A DNA stretch of 38,866 nucleotides. Origin: Thermoplasmatales archaeon ex4484_6 (GTDB taxonomy: Archaea; Thermoplasmatota; Penumbrarchaeia; Penumbrarchaeales; Penumbrarchaeaceae). A model generated the notes under the pieces. The model made no database searches. It saw only the letters and a program-made list of their open reading frames with translations, and was not told where the DNA came from. Of the stretch, positions 17,311 to 25,705 are shown in pieces. Numbering within the stretch: position 1 is the first letter of the stretch; every line of letters starts with the position of its first letter. Made by a program: the position numbers and the translations under genes. The stretch lies in contig NJDO01000013.1 of NCBI GenBank assembly GCA_002254385.1, positions 1 through 38,866 of the forward strand. The letters are read 5' to 3'.

Positions 17311-17716
17311 ACTCTTTTATTGTGAGCATCGATCAGCACAGGGTTTATGTTCATGAAGGTTTTTTTTATCAAATTGTTGATTCGATCGGTCCGGTCGTCG
17401 GCTATTTGGATAATGGAATAACGCTATATCACCGAACCTTCGGGGATTGGGATTATAGGTTCAGGGTTCGATGCTTTCGATCGGACCTTGATTATCTATT
17501 GAACTCCCGAATGCCGGTCGGATGAAGATGAACGTTGGCGAGAGGGTGAAGCTCCGGTGTGGTCCGCCGGATCTTCGTGAAATTCTGCGGACATCGATCA
17601 TTCAATTCTCTGCTGTTTTTCGAATGATTCGAACCACTTCGATACAACGGGTTAGGGGTTGGTGCATCCGGTCGAGGCCCGATCCGACCTGCGTTCAATG
17701 AAAGTCGATGTCCGTT

Positions 17717-18256
17717 TCAGAGGAACCTTTCGAACCGGTCCTTCTTCGCTTTGCACACCGGGCAGACGAGCGGAGGCTCCTCCCTTGCGCAGAGATATCC
17801 GCACACGGTGCACCGCCATACGGGGTACCTGAGATCGAGCCCGCTTCCCTGGGCTGAGGCCCGCGACCTCTCCCCTTCCACTTCCTTCATTCTTTCCCTC
17901 TCCTCCCTGGTGGGTCTCCTTTCTGGAATGGATCTTGCCTTCTTTCTGCCTTCCCTGATGTCGTCATCGACGTAGAGAGCGCAGTAGCAGGAACCGTATT
18001 CATCGAGATCCGCGTCCCTGTAATCGCAGGGGCATACGATGTCCCTGTCCTTCTCGATATCGCCGTCCGCTATCCTGCAGGGACAGGACCTGTATCCGTA
18101 TCTTCTCTCGTTAACGAGAAGTCCGAGGACGAGCTCCTTGGTGAATTCGGTGTCGGGGTTGAGGTGATATCCTCCGGCTTCCGCCTCCCTGTCAAGCTTC
18201 ACGAAGTTCCGCTCTATGACATCTTCATCGAAATACCACTGGTCATCTTCAGGCAT
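17717..18256 (-). CDS. Ferredoxin:thioredoxin/disulfide reductase catalytic-subunit-like protein fused to a C-terminal rubredoxin-type zinc/iron ribbon
   Basis: 179 aa. FTR-catalytic Cys pattern: CPCR...CPC...C-x-C (RSCPCRIADG, IVCPCDYRD, GSCYCALY). C-terminal WRCTVCGY...PLVCPVCKAKKDRFE is rubredoxin-like. Its ATG overlaps the upstream gene by 8 nt. Confidence 0.8.
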   Translation of the reverse strand: MPEDDQWYFDEDVIERNFVKLDREAEAGGYHLNPDTEFTKELVLGLLVNERRYGYRSCPCRIADGDIEKDRDIVCPCDYRDADLDEYGSCYCALYVDDDIREGRKKARSIPERRPTREERERMKEVEGERSRASAQGSGLDLRYPVWRCTVCGYLCAREEPPLVCPVCKAKKDRFERFL

Positions 18257-18536
18257 TTTCGAAAGCCTCCCGGATCTCCTCCTCCTGGAACCCCACTATC
18301 GTCCTCTTGTCATCGATTACGAGTGTGGGGAAGGAACATCTGGGATTGTATCTCCTGACATCCTTCTCGACCTCATCCCTTGTTTCCCTGTCCAGAAGGT
18401 CCATGAATATGTATCTGTATCCGATCCCCAGGCTGTCCAGGAGCCTCTTCGTTCTCCTGCACCAGACGCAGGTGCTCAGTGCGAACAGTTTCACATCCCC
18501 CTTCGGCTCTCCGTCGATCTCGGTGAATTCGTACAA
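18249..18536 (-). CDS. Glutaredoxin/thioredoxin-fold protein (CxxC = CVWC)
   Basis: 95 aa. VKLFALSTCVWCRRTKRLLDSLGI...FPTLVIDDKRTIVGF is a typical Grx-like fold pattern. The TTG start at 18536 is preceded by GGGAGG at suitable spacing. Confidence 0.8.
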   Translation of the reverse strand: MYEFTEIDGEPKGDVKLFALSTCVWCRRTKRLLDSLGIGYRYIFMDLLDRETRDEVEKDVRRYNPRCSFPTLVIDDKRTIVGFQEEEIREAFENA

Positions 18537-18554
18537 GCGAACGCCTCCCGGTGT

Positions 18555-19424
18555 TCAGGCTTTCCCCGGAAATGAAAAACGGGCCCTGATATAAATCCAT
18601 TTACCCAGAAGAGCGGCGATGAAACAGGCCCCCATCAACATCACGATGGTGGCACCCGGGGGTGTGTCGTAGGCTATGGAGGTGATGGTCCCCGCGGCGG
18701 TAAGCATAACCCCCATGATCGTCGAAAGGACCATCATCCTTGAAAGCCTCTTCGTGAAAAGGTTGGAAATGGCGGCCGGAATTGTCAGCATGGCAAGGAC
18801 GAGCACCACGCCCACGACCTTTATCAGTATCACGACGGTGAGGGCCGTCATCACAAGCATGACGAGGTTCAGGGCGGTGACCCTCACACCGGAAATGCGG
18901 GCGAACTCCGGGTCGAACGCGGTCATCTCCATGTCCTTGAACTTGAAAATGACTATCCCGTAGATGATGCCGGTGACACCTGCCATGATCATGAGGTCCC
19001 TGACGGATGTGAGAAGTATGTTGCCGAAAAGTATCGCCTCGAACGAGAGCACCTGGACCTTGTTCCGGTCCACCAGATTGATGAGGAGAACACCTGCAGC
19101 CATACCGACAACCCAGATGGCACCTATCGTGGAATCCTCCCGGTATCTCTTCTTGATGGATTCGGAGCCGAGCAGGAACGCCGCTCCTATGGCGGACAGG
19201 ATGGCTCCCAGCATGGGATCGAACCATGTGAGCCCGAGTCCCTGGAGGTAATACGCCAGACCTATACCCCCGAAAGCGGTGTGTGAGATGCCTCCTGCGA
19301 TGAAAACGTTCCTCCTCACGACGACCAGGGTCCCCATGACACCGCAGGCGAGTGCCGCAAGCATCCCCGCAATGAGCATTCTCTGGACGAAGGGAACGTC
19401 AAGGTATCCGATGATATTCAGCAT
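18555..19424 (-). CDS. Metal (Zn/Mn/Fe-type, ABC-3 family) ABC transporter permease
   Basis: Polytopic membrane protein similar in pattern to ZnuB/MntB/TroC (MLIAGMLAALACGVMGTLVVVRRNVFIAGGISHTAFGGIGLA). Preferred start is ATG 19424, which is 13 nt after the ATPase stop. The track start is 19481. Confidence 0.85.
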   Translation of the reverse strand: MLNIIGYLDVPFVQRMLIAGMLAALACGVMGTLVVVRRNVFIAGGISHTAFGGIGLAYYLQGLGLTWFDPMLGAILSAIGAAFLLGSESIKKRYREDSTIGAIWVVGMAAGVLLINLVDRNKVQVLSFEAILFGNILLTSVRDLMIMAGVTGIIYGIVIFKFKDMEMTAFDPEFARISGVRVTALNLVMLVMTALTVVILIKVVGVVLVLAMLTIPAAISNLFTKRLSRMMVLSTIMGVMLTAAGTITSIAYDTPPGATIVMLMGACFIAALLGKWIYIRARFSFPGKA

Positions 19425-19437
19425 GTTTCCACTTCCG

Positions 19438-20211
19438 TCAATTTCCATGTTCATGTGGGGGGAGGACCCGGTGGGGTACACCGTGCGCTATCAGCTCCAC
19501 GGGGCACTGATAGGCTTCTTCGAGCATCTCCTGGTTTATAAGCGAGCCGTCCGTTCCGCCGTCGAACAGATGCCTGTTCATGCAGGCCAGGCTGCTCACA
19601 TGGGATGAGATGATCCCGATATCATGGGTCACAAGCACGATGGTCATATCATCGTTCAGCTCCGTCAGCAGCTTGTATATGGATTCCTCCATTCTGGCAT
19701 CCACTGAAGCCGTGGGCTCGTCAAGGAGCATCATCCTTGGCTCGGTGGAAAGGGCCCTTGCTATGAACACCCTCTGCTTCTGTCCTCCCGAAAGGGCCGC
19801 GATGTGATCGTCGATATGGTCGAGCATGTTCACCTTTTCGAGTGAATCCCTCACGGCTTCCAGGTCCTTTCTGGAATAGAAGGGCCTGTTCCCCTTGAAC
19901 CTTCTTCGTCCCATGAGCACAACGTGTTTGACGGTGATGGGGAAATCACGGTCGAACTGTGCATACTGGGGGACGTAACCGATGTATTTTCGTCCGTTCA
20001 CCGGTCCCTCGCCGTATATCCTGACGGTTCCCGAATACGGCGGGATCAGTCCGAGTATTGTCTTCAGAAGGGTGGACTTCCCGCCGCCGTTCGGTCCTAT
20101 GAGGCCGAAGAACTCACCGTGCCTGATGACAAGATCGACGTTCTCGATCACCACCTCTCCTTCGTAACCCGCAGAGAGATTCCGGATCTCCAGTGCCAGT
20201 TCATCTTTCAA
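19438..20211 (-). CDS. Metal ABC transporter ATP-binding protein (ZnuC/MntA-like)
   Basis: Walker A GPNGGGKST, signature LSGGQKQR, Walker B MMLLDEP. TTG start preceded by GGTGAG. Confidence 0.9.
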   Translation of the reverse strand: MKDELALEIRNLSAGYEGEVVIENVDLVIRHGEFFGLIGPNGGGKSTLLKTILGLIPPYSGTVRIYGEGPVNGRKYIGYVPQYAQFDRDFPITVKHVVLMGRRRFKGNRPFYSRKDLEAVRDSLEKVNMLDHIDDHIAALSGGQKQRVFIARALSTEPRMMLLDEPTASVDARMEESIYKLLTELNDDMTIVLVTHDIGIISSHVSSLACMNRHLFDGGTDGSLINQEMLEEAYQCPVELIAHGVPHRVLPPHEHGN

Positions 20212-20235
20212 GGTCTCACCGTTCCCGTCAATCGT

Positions 20236-21183
20236 TCACCCGTCATTGAAAGCTTCTTCCAGGTTCTCCGCAAGGGTCCTGAGATTGTTCATGTAATCGG
20301 ATGCGAGCGGATCCGCCGTGAGAACCTTTCCGTCTATGGCATCTGCTATCTTCCTTGCCGAGGAGCTGTCGAACTGGGGCTCCACCAGAACAACTGTGAT
20401 ATTCTCCTTCCTTGCCCTGTCTATGAGGGCGGAGACCGTCTGTGGACCGGGTTCGCCCCCTTCTTCCTGAACACTGACCTGGATCAGCCCGAAGGCATCC
20501 GCGAAGTAACCGAAGGAGGGGTGATATGTGAGGAAGCTCCTTCCCCGGAATTCATCCAGAACGGAGCTGACATGTTCTATGGTCGCATTGAGCTCCTCCA
20601 TGTAGGATCCGTGGTTTGCCCTGTATATTTCCTCGTTCTCCGGATCGCGGGCGATCAGCGCCTCGAGTACATTGTCCGCCATCCTTGCCATGCTGTACGG
20701 GTCCATCCATATGTGGGGGTCCGTTCCGTCCCGTTCGGTTCCTGAACGGTTTGAAATATCGAACCTTCCGGGACCGTGATCCTCTAACGACACTATCTCG
20801 ATTCCGCTGGACATGTCCACGACATCCATCTGCCTGTTCGTCTCCCGTATCGTGTCCATGTTCCGGAGCTCGAATTCTATGCCCGATCCCATCTCGAAGT
20901 AGATATCCGCTTCGGCCACCTTCATCATCTGGTTTGGTGTGGGAGAGTACGTGTGGGGTTCCATGTTCTCCGGCACCATCACAACGATCTCCGCGTCTTC
21001 CTTCGCGATCCTCTCGACCACTTCCTTCTGCGGACCTATGGATACGATCATGAGGTCCAGCTCCCCGTCGTTTCGATCCTCCATGCAGCCCGAGAGAGCG
21101 AGCAGGACCGACGAGGATACCAGGATCATCAGAATCATGAACGGTTCCGGTCTGTTCAACTGTCTCACCTCCGCGAGCACCAC
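20236..21183 (-). CDS. Metal ABC transporter substrate-binding lipoprotein (cluster-9 ZnuA/TroA-like)
   Basis: Lipobox LLALSGC. Metal-site-type motifs EPHTYSPTP and DPHIWMDP. The GTG at 21183 lies ~27 nt downstream of an AT-rich TATA-like tract, suggesting a possible leaderless transcript. An alternative ATG is at 21138. Confidence 0.85.
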   Translation of the reverse strand: MVLAEVRQLNRPEPFMILMILVSSSVLLALSGCMEDRNDGELDLMIVSIGPQKEVVERIAKEDAEIVVMVPENMEPHTYSPTPNQMMKVAEADIYFEMGSGIEFELRNMDTIRETNRQMDVVDMSSGIEIVSLEDHGPGRFDISNRSGTERDGTDPHIWMDPYSMARMADNVLEALIARDPENEEIYRANHGSYMEELNATIEHVSSVLDEFRGRSFLTYHPSFGYFADAFGLIQVSVQEEGGEPGPQTVSALIDRARKENITVVLVEPQFDSSSARKIADAIDGKVLTADPLASDYMNNLRTLAENLEEAFNDG

Positions 21184-21228
21184 CGCAATTGGCAGTGGAG
21201 CTATTAATATTTAATTACTAACAGCACT

Positions 21229-21243
21229 AATGTTATTAACATT
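21229..21243. promoter_or_regulatory. Candidate operator palindrome AATGTTA-T-TAACATT in the nikR / transporter divergent intergenic region
   Basis: 7-bp perfect arms. A related half-repeat GTTATTAAACATT occurs at 21264-21276. Lies in the 120-bp AT-rich spacer between the divergent genes. Confidence 0.35.
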
Positions 21244-21303
21244 CTGGTAAAAAATTAAAAAAAGTTATTAAACATTGACACCTTTCATCCACCGAGGTTT
21301 GGT

Positions 21304-21687
21304 ATGCCGGTCGTAAGTGTATCCCTTACAGAGAAGAACCTGGAGGTTATAGACAGGCTGCAGGAGATCTTCGGATTGAAGGGAAGAAGCGAGGCTGTCA
21401 GGGCCTGTCTGAGATCCGCGGAGGACGAGATAAGGGAGAGGGAGGGAATGACGGGGGATGTCGAGGGTGTCCTCATCGTGGTCCATGATTCCCATGATTC
21501 CAGGGGGCTGGACAATATAAGACACCTGCACATGGACCTCATCGGGACACAGATACATTCTCATCTGAGGAACGACAAGTGCCTGGAGGTTTTCATAGTG
21601 AGGGGAGAGTCCCGCCGTATAAGAGACATGATCAACCTGTTTCGCGGAAGCGAGGACCTCGAATACGTCAAGTTCGTTCAATCCTGA
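21304..21687 (+). CDS. nikR: NikR-family nickel-responsive ribbon-helix-helix regulator
   Basis: 127 aa. N-terminal RHH (VSVSLTEKNLEVIDRL) and a C-terminal metal-binding block IHSHLRNDKCLEV that matches the NikR H-x-H-x5-C nickel-site pattern. GAGGT SD upstream. Confidence 0.8.
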   Translation: MPVVSVSLTEKNLEVIDRLQEIFGLKGRSEAVRACLRSAEDEIREREGMTGDVEGVLIVVHDSHDSRGLDNIRHLHMDLIGTQIHSHLRNDKCLEVFIVRGESRRIRDMINLFRGSEDLEYVKFVQS

Positions 21688-21729
21688 GTCCGGAAGGGAG
21701 GATCCGTCTTCCTTTCGAACCTCCGTCGA

Positions 21730-22737
21730 TCAGGGTCTGGTCCATCTGATCTCCAGGTAATCCACCCTTTTCCGTTTCCCGATGGAAGCGAAAAGCATCC
21801 TCTTTCTCACCGAATGGCTCAACCGGATTGCCCTGGAGAGGGCCTCCCAGCTGATTTTCGCGTCCCTCTCCACAAGGTGAACGAGAATGTCGGAATGCTC
21901 TTCGATCGATCCCGAGGTGTACACCCTGAAATGGGTTCCGTACTTGAACCCCGTCCTCACGACGAAACCCCTTTCCATGAGATCACGATAGACAGCCGTC
22001 TTCCCATCGCCCTCCTCTCCTCTGAGGAATGCGGCCTCCTCCCTGGAAAGCGCAAGCGAATCGGATATGGAGCTTCCCACCGACATTCCGGAAAGAAGCT
22101 CCCGGACCTCCCCGTCGGGAACGAGAAGCCCTCCGTTTGGAATCGGCAGGACATCCTCTCCAAGGTCCGGCTTTCCGGGATGTGTTCTTTTCCTGCTCCG
22201 GGAAAGCAGGGCCCTTCTCAACGAGTAGTATGTAAGGTCCCAGTCGCCGTCCACCACCGCGCAGAGGAGCTCCATCCCCATTCCCTCCCTCCTCTCCGTC
22301 TCCCTCATCAGGCCCCCGATCGAAACGTCATCATGCTCTCTGTATACCTTTATCCATGAACCGGCCTTCCCCCGTCCGGGGCCTTTCCCCCGGGGATATA
22401 CCAGGAACGTCCTGTCCCCGCCTCCCTGTATGTTTATGCCCCTGTCCCTCATATCGGCAAATACCAGGTAATCCTCGAGGAATCTCTCCCTCGCATCCAT
22501 TCCGAGGGCCAGGAGCTCGTGCGGTGAAATCCTGTGCCCCTCCCTGGACCTCTTCACTTCGAGCCTTCCGGATGAGATCAGGTAGGCCGCCTCCATCAGG
22601 GAGAGCTCGAGTCCCCCTCCGGGGAGGGACCTGCCGAAAGCTCCCTTGTTCCGCAGAAGTGAGGCCGTCTTGGGGTCATCCACGATGACGGACCTGTCCT
22701 TTACATAAGGAAGCATGGATATCCGTATCGGCGGCAT
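21730..22737 (-). CDS. endA: tRNA-splicing endonuclease, two-unit (tandem-duplicated) type
   Basis: 335 aa. The C-terminal catalytic unit is FVVRTGFKYGTHFRVY...HSDILVHLV...LSHSVRKRMLFA (Y/H/K triad pattern). The N-terminal unit is a degenerate copy. Confidence 0.85.
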   Translation of the reverse strand: MPPIRISMLPYVKDRSVIVDDPKTASLLRNKGAFGRSLPGGGLELSLMEAAYLISSGRLEVKRSREGHRISPHELLALGMDARERFLEDYLVFADMRDRGINIQGGGDRTFLVYPRGKGPGRGKAGSWIKVYREHDDVSIGGLMRETERREGMGMELLCAVVDGDWDLTYYSLRRALLSRSRKRTHPGKPDLGEDVLPIPNGGLLVPDGEVRELLSGMSVGSSISDSLALSREEAAFLRGEEGDGKTAVYRDLMERGFVVRTGFKYGTHFRVYTSGSIEEHSDILVHLVERDAKISWEALSRAIRLSHSVRKRMLFASIGKRKRVDYLEIRWTRP

Positions 22738-22863
22738 GATGAAAAAGGTTTACATAATATCATCGTTTAGAAGGAAGGTCCGGCATTCACAAAGGGGGAG
22801 TTATCAACGAACGATCTTTCACGATCCATATCCAAGGGCCTCATCAAGGCGAAGGAGGAGAGA

Positions 22864-23586
22864 TTGAAGAAGCTCGTTCTGCAGTACCCCGTTCCCAAAC
22901 ATGTTGCGATCATAATGGATGGCAACCGTAGATATGCGATCGAGGAGGGGAAGGAACCACTGGAAGGTCATCTTGCGGGCAGGGACAAGCTCGAGGACGT
23001 TCTGGAATGGTGCGTTGACCTGGGAATACACATACTGACGGTCTATGCCTTCTCCACCGAGAACTTCAAGAGGTCCAGGGAGGAGGTGGACTCCCTGATG
23101 GCACTTTTCGAGGAGAACTTCATGAGGATCGCGACCGATGACAGGGTCCACAAGAACAGGATAAGGGTCTCGGTCCTCGGACAGAAAGAGCTGCTCCCTC
23201 CATCCCTGAAGGAGGCGATAAGGAATGCGGAGGAGAACTCGAAGGAATACAGTGATTACTTCTTCAATCTGGCCGTGGCATACGGCGGGAGGGAGGAGCT
23301 CATCGCGGCCATCAGGGCCATATCCCGCGACGTGAAGGAGGACAGGATCCGCGAGGAGGATATTGACGAGAAGCTCGTCTCCAGGTATCTCTACACGGCC
23401 CCCTTCCCCGATCCGGACCTTGTGCTCAGGACATCGGGTGAGATAAGGGTATCCAATTTCCTCCTGTGGCAGAACGCCTACAGCGAATTCTACTTCACGG
23501 ATGTCTACTGGCCCGGCCTCACATTCACCGAATTCCTCAAAGCGGTAAGGTCATATCAGCTGAGGCAGAGACGTTTCGGAAAATGA
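22864..23586 (+). CDS. uppS: Undecaprenyl/cis-prenyl diphosphate synthase
   Basis: HVAIIMDGNRRYA, TVYAFSTENFKRS and LRTSGEIRVSNFLLWQNAYSEFYF. TTG start with a strong GGAGGAG SD. There is no in-frame ATG upstream after the stop at 22768. Confidence 0.9.
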   Translation: MKKLVLQYPVPKHVAIIMDGNRRYAIEEGKEPLEGHLAGRDKLEDVLEWCVDLGIHILTVYAFSTENFKRSREEVDSLMALFEENFMRIATDDRVHKNRIRVSVLGQKELLPPSLKEAIRNAEENSKEYSDYFFNLAVAYGGREELIAAIRAISRDVKEDRIREEDIDEKLVSRYLYTAPFPDPDLVLRTSGEIRVSNFLLWQNAYSEFYFTDVYWPGLTFTEFLKAVRSYQLRQRRFGK

Positions 23587-23605
23587 TGGATCCGCATTAC
23601 CCCGA

Positions 23606-24286
23606 TCAGATGAGGTCCAGGGTGTTCTCGATCCTGTTCATCTCCACACCGGAGGTCTTCCTTCCCACCAGGGCTCCCTCATCATTCGCGATGATGGAGG
23701 CTCCCAGATACGGCGAACCGAAATTGGCAGTGCACACGGCGATGTCGACACCGAACAGCTCCTCCAGGATCTTCCTCTCACTCTCGTCTATCCTTGGATG
23801 GACCACCATGCCCTTCGAGTTCATGGCCGCCACGGAGCCCACGGTCTTCACACCGGCTATCGTCCCCTGGACCACTTCCACTCCCAGAATGTCTCCTATC
23901 AGCTCGAGGGAACCCTTCCTGATGTCCGGGTTCACCAGGGCGGCCTTCTCGGATGAGAGTATGTTGTTCCCCCAGGCAGTGTGTGGATCGTCGAGGGAGA
24001 GGATGTGAACATCCTCCATATCACCGGCGTCCGCCAGTGTTCTCCTCACCTCATCCTCGTCGTAAAAATAGGGAATGATTATTCCCCGGGAGTTCCCTCT
24101 CACAAGGGACCCGTGAAGGCTCGTAGCGCCTATGGAGGCTCTCACGGCCTTCACTCCGAGCGTTCGCTCAAGGTCATTCACGAATTCATCCGGTGCATCC
24201 ACCGGGCATAGGACCCTGTCCCCTATCAGGGAACAGAATACGCCGATGAATGAGTTTCCGTTGATATCAGCCATTCTGAGGGCCAA
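23606..24286 (-). CDS. eif6: Translation initiation factor 6 (aIF6)
   Basis: 226 aa with an eIF6 pentein-repeat pattern (NGNSFIGVF, GATSLHGSLVRGNSRG, GSVAAMNSKG, ANFGSPYLGASIIAND). The TTG at 24286 is preceded by GGAGGGTGA. An alternative ATG is at 24274. Confidence 0.9.
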   Translation of the reverse strand: MALRMADINGNSFIGVFCSLIGDRVLCPVDAPDEFVNDLERTLGVKAVRASIGATSLHGSLVRGNSRGIIIPYFYDEDEVRRTLADAGDMEDVHILSLDDPHTAWGNNILSSEKAALVNPDIRKGSLELIGDILGVEVVQGTIAGVKTVGSVAAMNSKGMVVHPRIDESERKILEELFGVDIAVCTANFGSPYLGASIIANDEGALVGRKTSGVEMNRIENTLDLI

Positions 24287-24305
24287 TCTTCACCCTCCGG
24301 TAGGG

Positions 24306-24578
24306 TCACTCCTCCGGGAGAGTGACCTCCACCAGGTCCTGGTCCTTGAACTTGGTGGCCTTGATCTTTATCTTGTTCGGGGGATGCTCTATACCCTTGC
24401 CCCATACGGCCTCGTTGATGGGGGTATCCAGCCAGACGTCTTCCTCGCTGATCTTCATGTGCCTTGCAACGTGGGACCTTATCAATTTGATGGCCCTGGG
24501 CGCCCTCTTGGTCCTCGGTGCGTCGAGGATCTTTCGCAAGGGAACGACCATTATCCTTTCTTCCATATCGTCAGCCAT
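24306..24578 (-). CDS. rpl31e: 50S ribosomal protein L31e (eL31)
   Basis: 90 aa with PLRKILDAPRTKRAPRAIKLIRSHVARHMK...INEAVWGKGIEHPP. GGGTGAT SD upstream. Confidence 0.92.
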   Translation of the reverse strand: MADDMEERIMVVPLRKILDAPRTKRAPRAIKLIRSHVARHMKISEEDVWLDTPINEAVWGKGIEHPPNKIKIKATKFKDQDLVEVTLPEE

Positions 24579-24598
24579 TCATATCACCCTGTCCGACA

Positions 24599-24754
24599 TC
24601 ACTTCCTCAGTTTGCTCTTTCTCCAGGTATGCCTCTTCGGGTGAGTGGTGAACCTCCTTGCGGTCCTCTGCATCACCCATGCGGGCACCCTTCTGTTCGT
24701 GTTCGTGGCCTTCATGAGCCTCTTCTTCTTTCCAAAGGGTTTTCGGCTGGACAT
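24599..24754 (-). CDS. rpl39e: 50S ribosomal protein L39e (eL39), below the ORF-track size cut-off
   Basis: My own translation of the minus strand gives [51 protein letters not shown] (51 aa). It shows the typical eL39 pattern and the expected position between the PDCD5-like gene and rpl31e. Confidence 0.9.
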   Translation of the reverse strand: MSSRKPFGKKKRLMKATNTNRRVPAWVMQRTARRFTTHPKRHTWRKSKLRK

Positions 24755-24758
24755 GGTC

Positions 24759-25097
24759 CTACTTCCTCTTGATGTTTATCTCCCTCTTCTTCGGTTGGAC
24801 CTGCTCAAGAAGCTTCTTGAGCGTTGCATCGTCCACCTGGCCGGGGAGCCTGCCAGATTGATAGAGCATTATCAGCTGGTTCTCGATGTTCGCGGCGAGT
24901 TCGGGGTATCCAAGTTTCAGCCTCCCGAGCCTCTCCTTTGCCTCCTGGGTGAGCACAACTCTGAGGATTGCCTTCTTCTGGGCCTCGATCCTCTGTGCTT
25001 CCTCCTTCATCACCTCTTCCTGCTGCCGGGCCATCTGAAGCTGCGCCATCTTTCTTTTCCTTATGGCCTCGAGCTCCTGATCGTCCGCTGCGCTCAT
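24759..25097 (-). CDS. PDCD5/TFAR19-family dsDNA-binding protein
   Basis: [14 protein letters not shown]...[37 protein letters not shown] fits the archaeal PDCD5-like family (MTH1615 type). ATG 25097 is preceded by a GGTG-type SD, while the track start at 25130 is TTG. Confidence 0.8.
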   Translation of the reverse strand: MSAADDQELEAIRKRKMAQLQMARQQEEVMKEEAQRIEAQKKAILRVVLTQEAKERLGRLKLGYPELAANIENQLIMLYQSGRLPGQVDDATLKKLLEQVQPKKREINIKRK

Positions 25098-25116
25098 CTC
25101 CCACACCCCGGAGTTC

Positions 25117-25569
25117 TCAGTACTTCCCAAGTTCGGGGTTCTGCTTGATTATCTTCTGGAGTACCTCGTATGCAGTGTTGTCGAGAAGCGCTCTGCCCTT
25201 CGGCGTCACTTCCCTTCCTTTGCCTTTTACCTGCCTCAACAGTTCCGCGGCCTCCAGCTGCTTGATTGCGGTCCTGATGACGGAACCCGAACCGAGCTCG
25301 ACCCGCTGCGGTTTGGACCCCCGGTCCTTGGGACCGGAGAATTCCGCTCTCAGGTGCATGATCCCGATCGGTCCCTTCATGTAAACCTTCCTCAGAATAG
25401 CAGCCTGCCTGACGAACCACCAATCTTCCTGGATGGGAGCCTTCTCCTTGTGGACACCCGTCTTCACGAAAGATGCCCATGCGGGTTCCTCCATGCTGTC
25501 CATCTTCTTCAGCTTCCTGGCTACGTTGCTTATCAGCAGGTCGGGGGGTACATCATAGGCTGTGGTCAT
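25117..25569 (-). CDS. rps19e: 30S ribosomal protein S19e (eS19)
   Basis: 150 aa with YDVPPDLLISNVARKLK...PAWASFVKTGVHKE.AP...DWWFVRQAAILRKVY and GSVIRTAIKQLEAAELL. Confidence 0.92.
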   Translation of the reverse strand: MTTAYDVPPDLLISNVARKLKKMDSMEEPAWASFVKTGVHKEKAPIQEDWWFVRQAAILRKVYMKGPIGIMHLRAEFSGPKDRGSKPQRVELGSGSVIRTAIKQLEAAELLRQVKGKGREVTPKGRALLDNTAYEVLQKIIKQNPELGKY

Positions 25570-25705
25570 CTTTGGCCTCCAGTAGATCCCGGCAAGGGAA
25601 CCATCCCTACTAGAAGGGATGTGAGGGGCCTCATACTATCTCCTTTATTTAAATATTTCTTATACTGCACGGCAGCCAGAACGTAGGCCAGGAAGATATC
25701 TCTCC

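Noticed and set aside
17626-17637. A tRNA T-arm-like string on the minus strand (GTGGTTCGAATC), raising the idea of a tRNA gene or attachment site next to the IS.
   Set aside because: The flanking bases do not form T-stem, acceptor or anticodon arms. The motif belongs to a set of TTCGAA palindromes in this region. No tRNA could be folded by eye.
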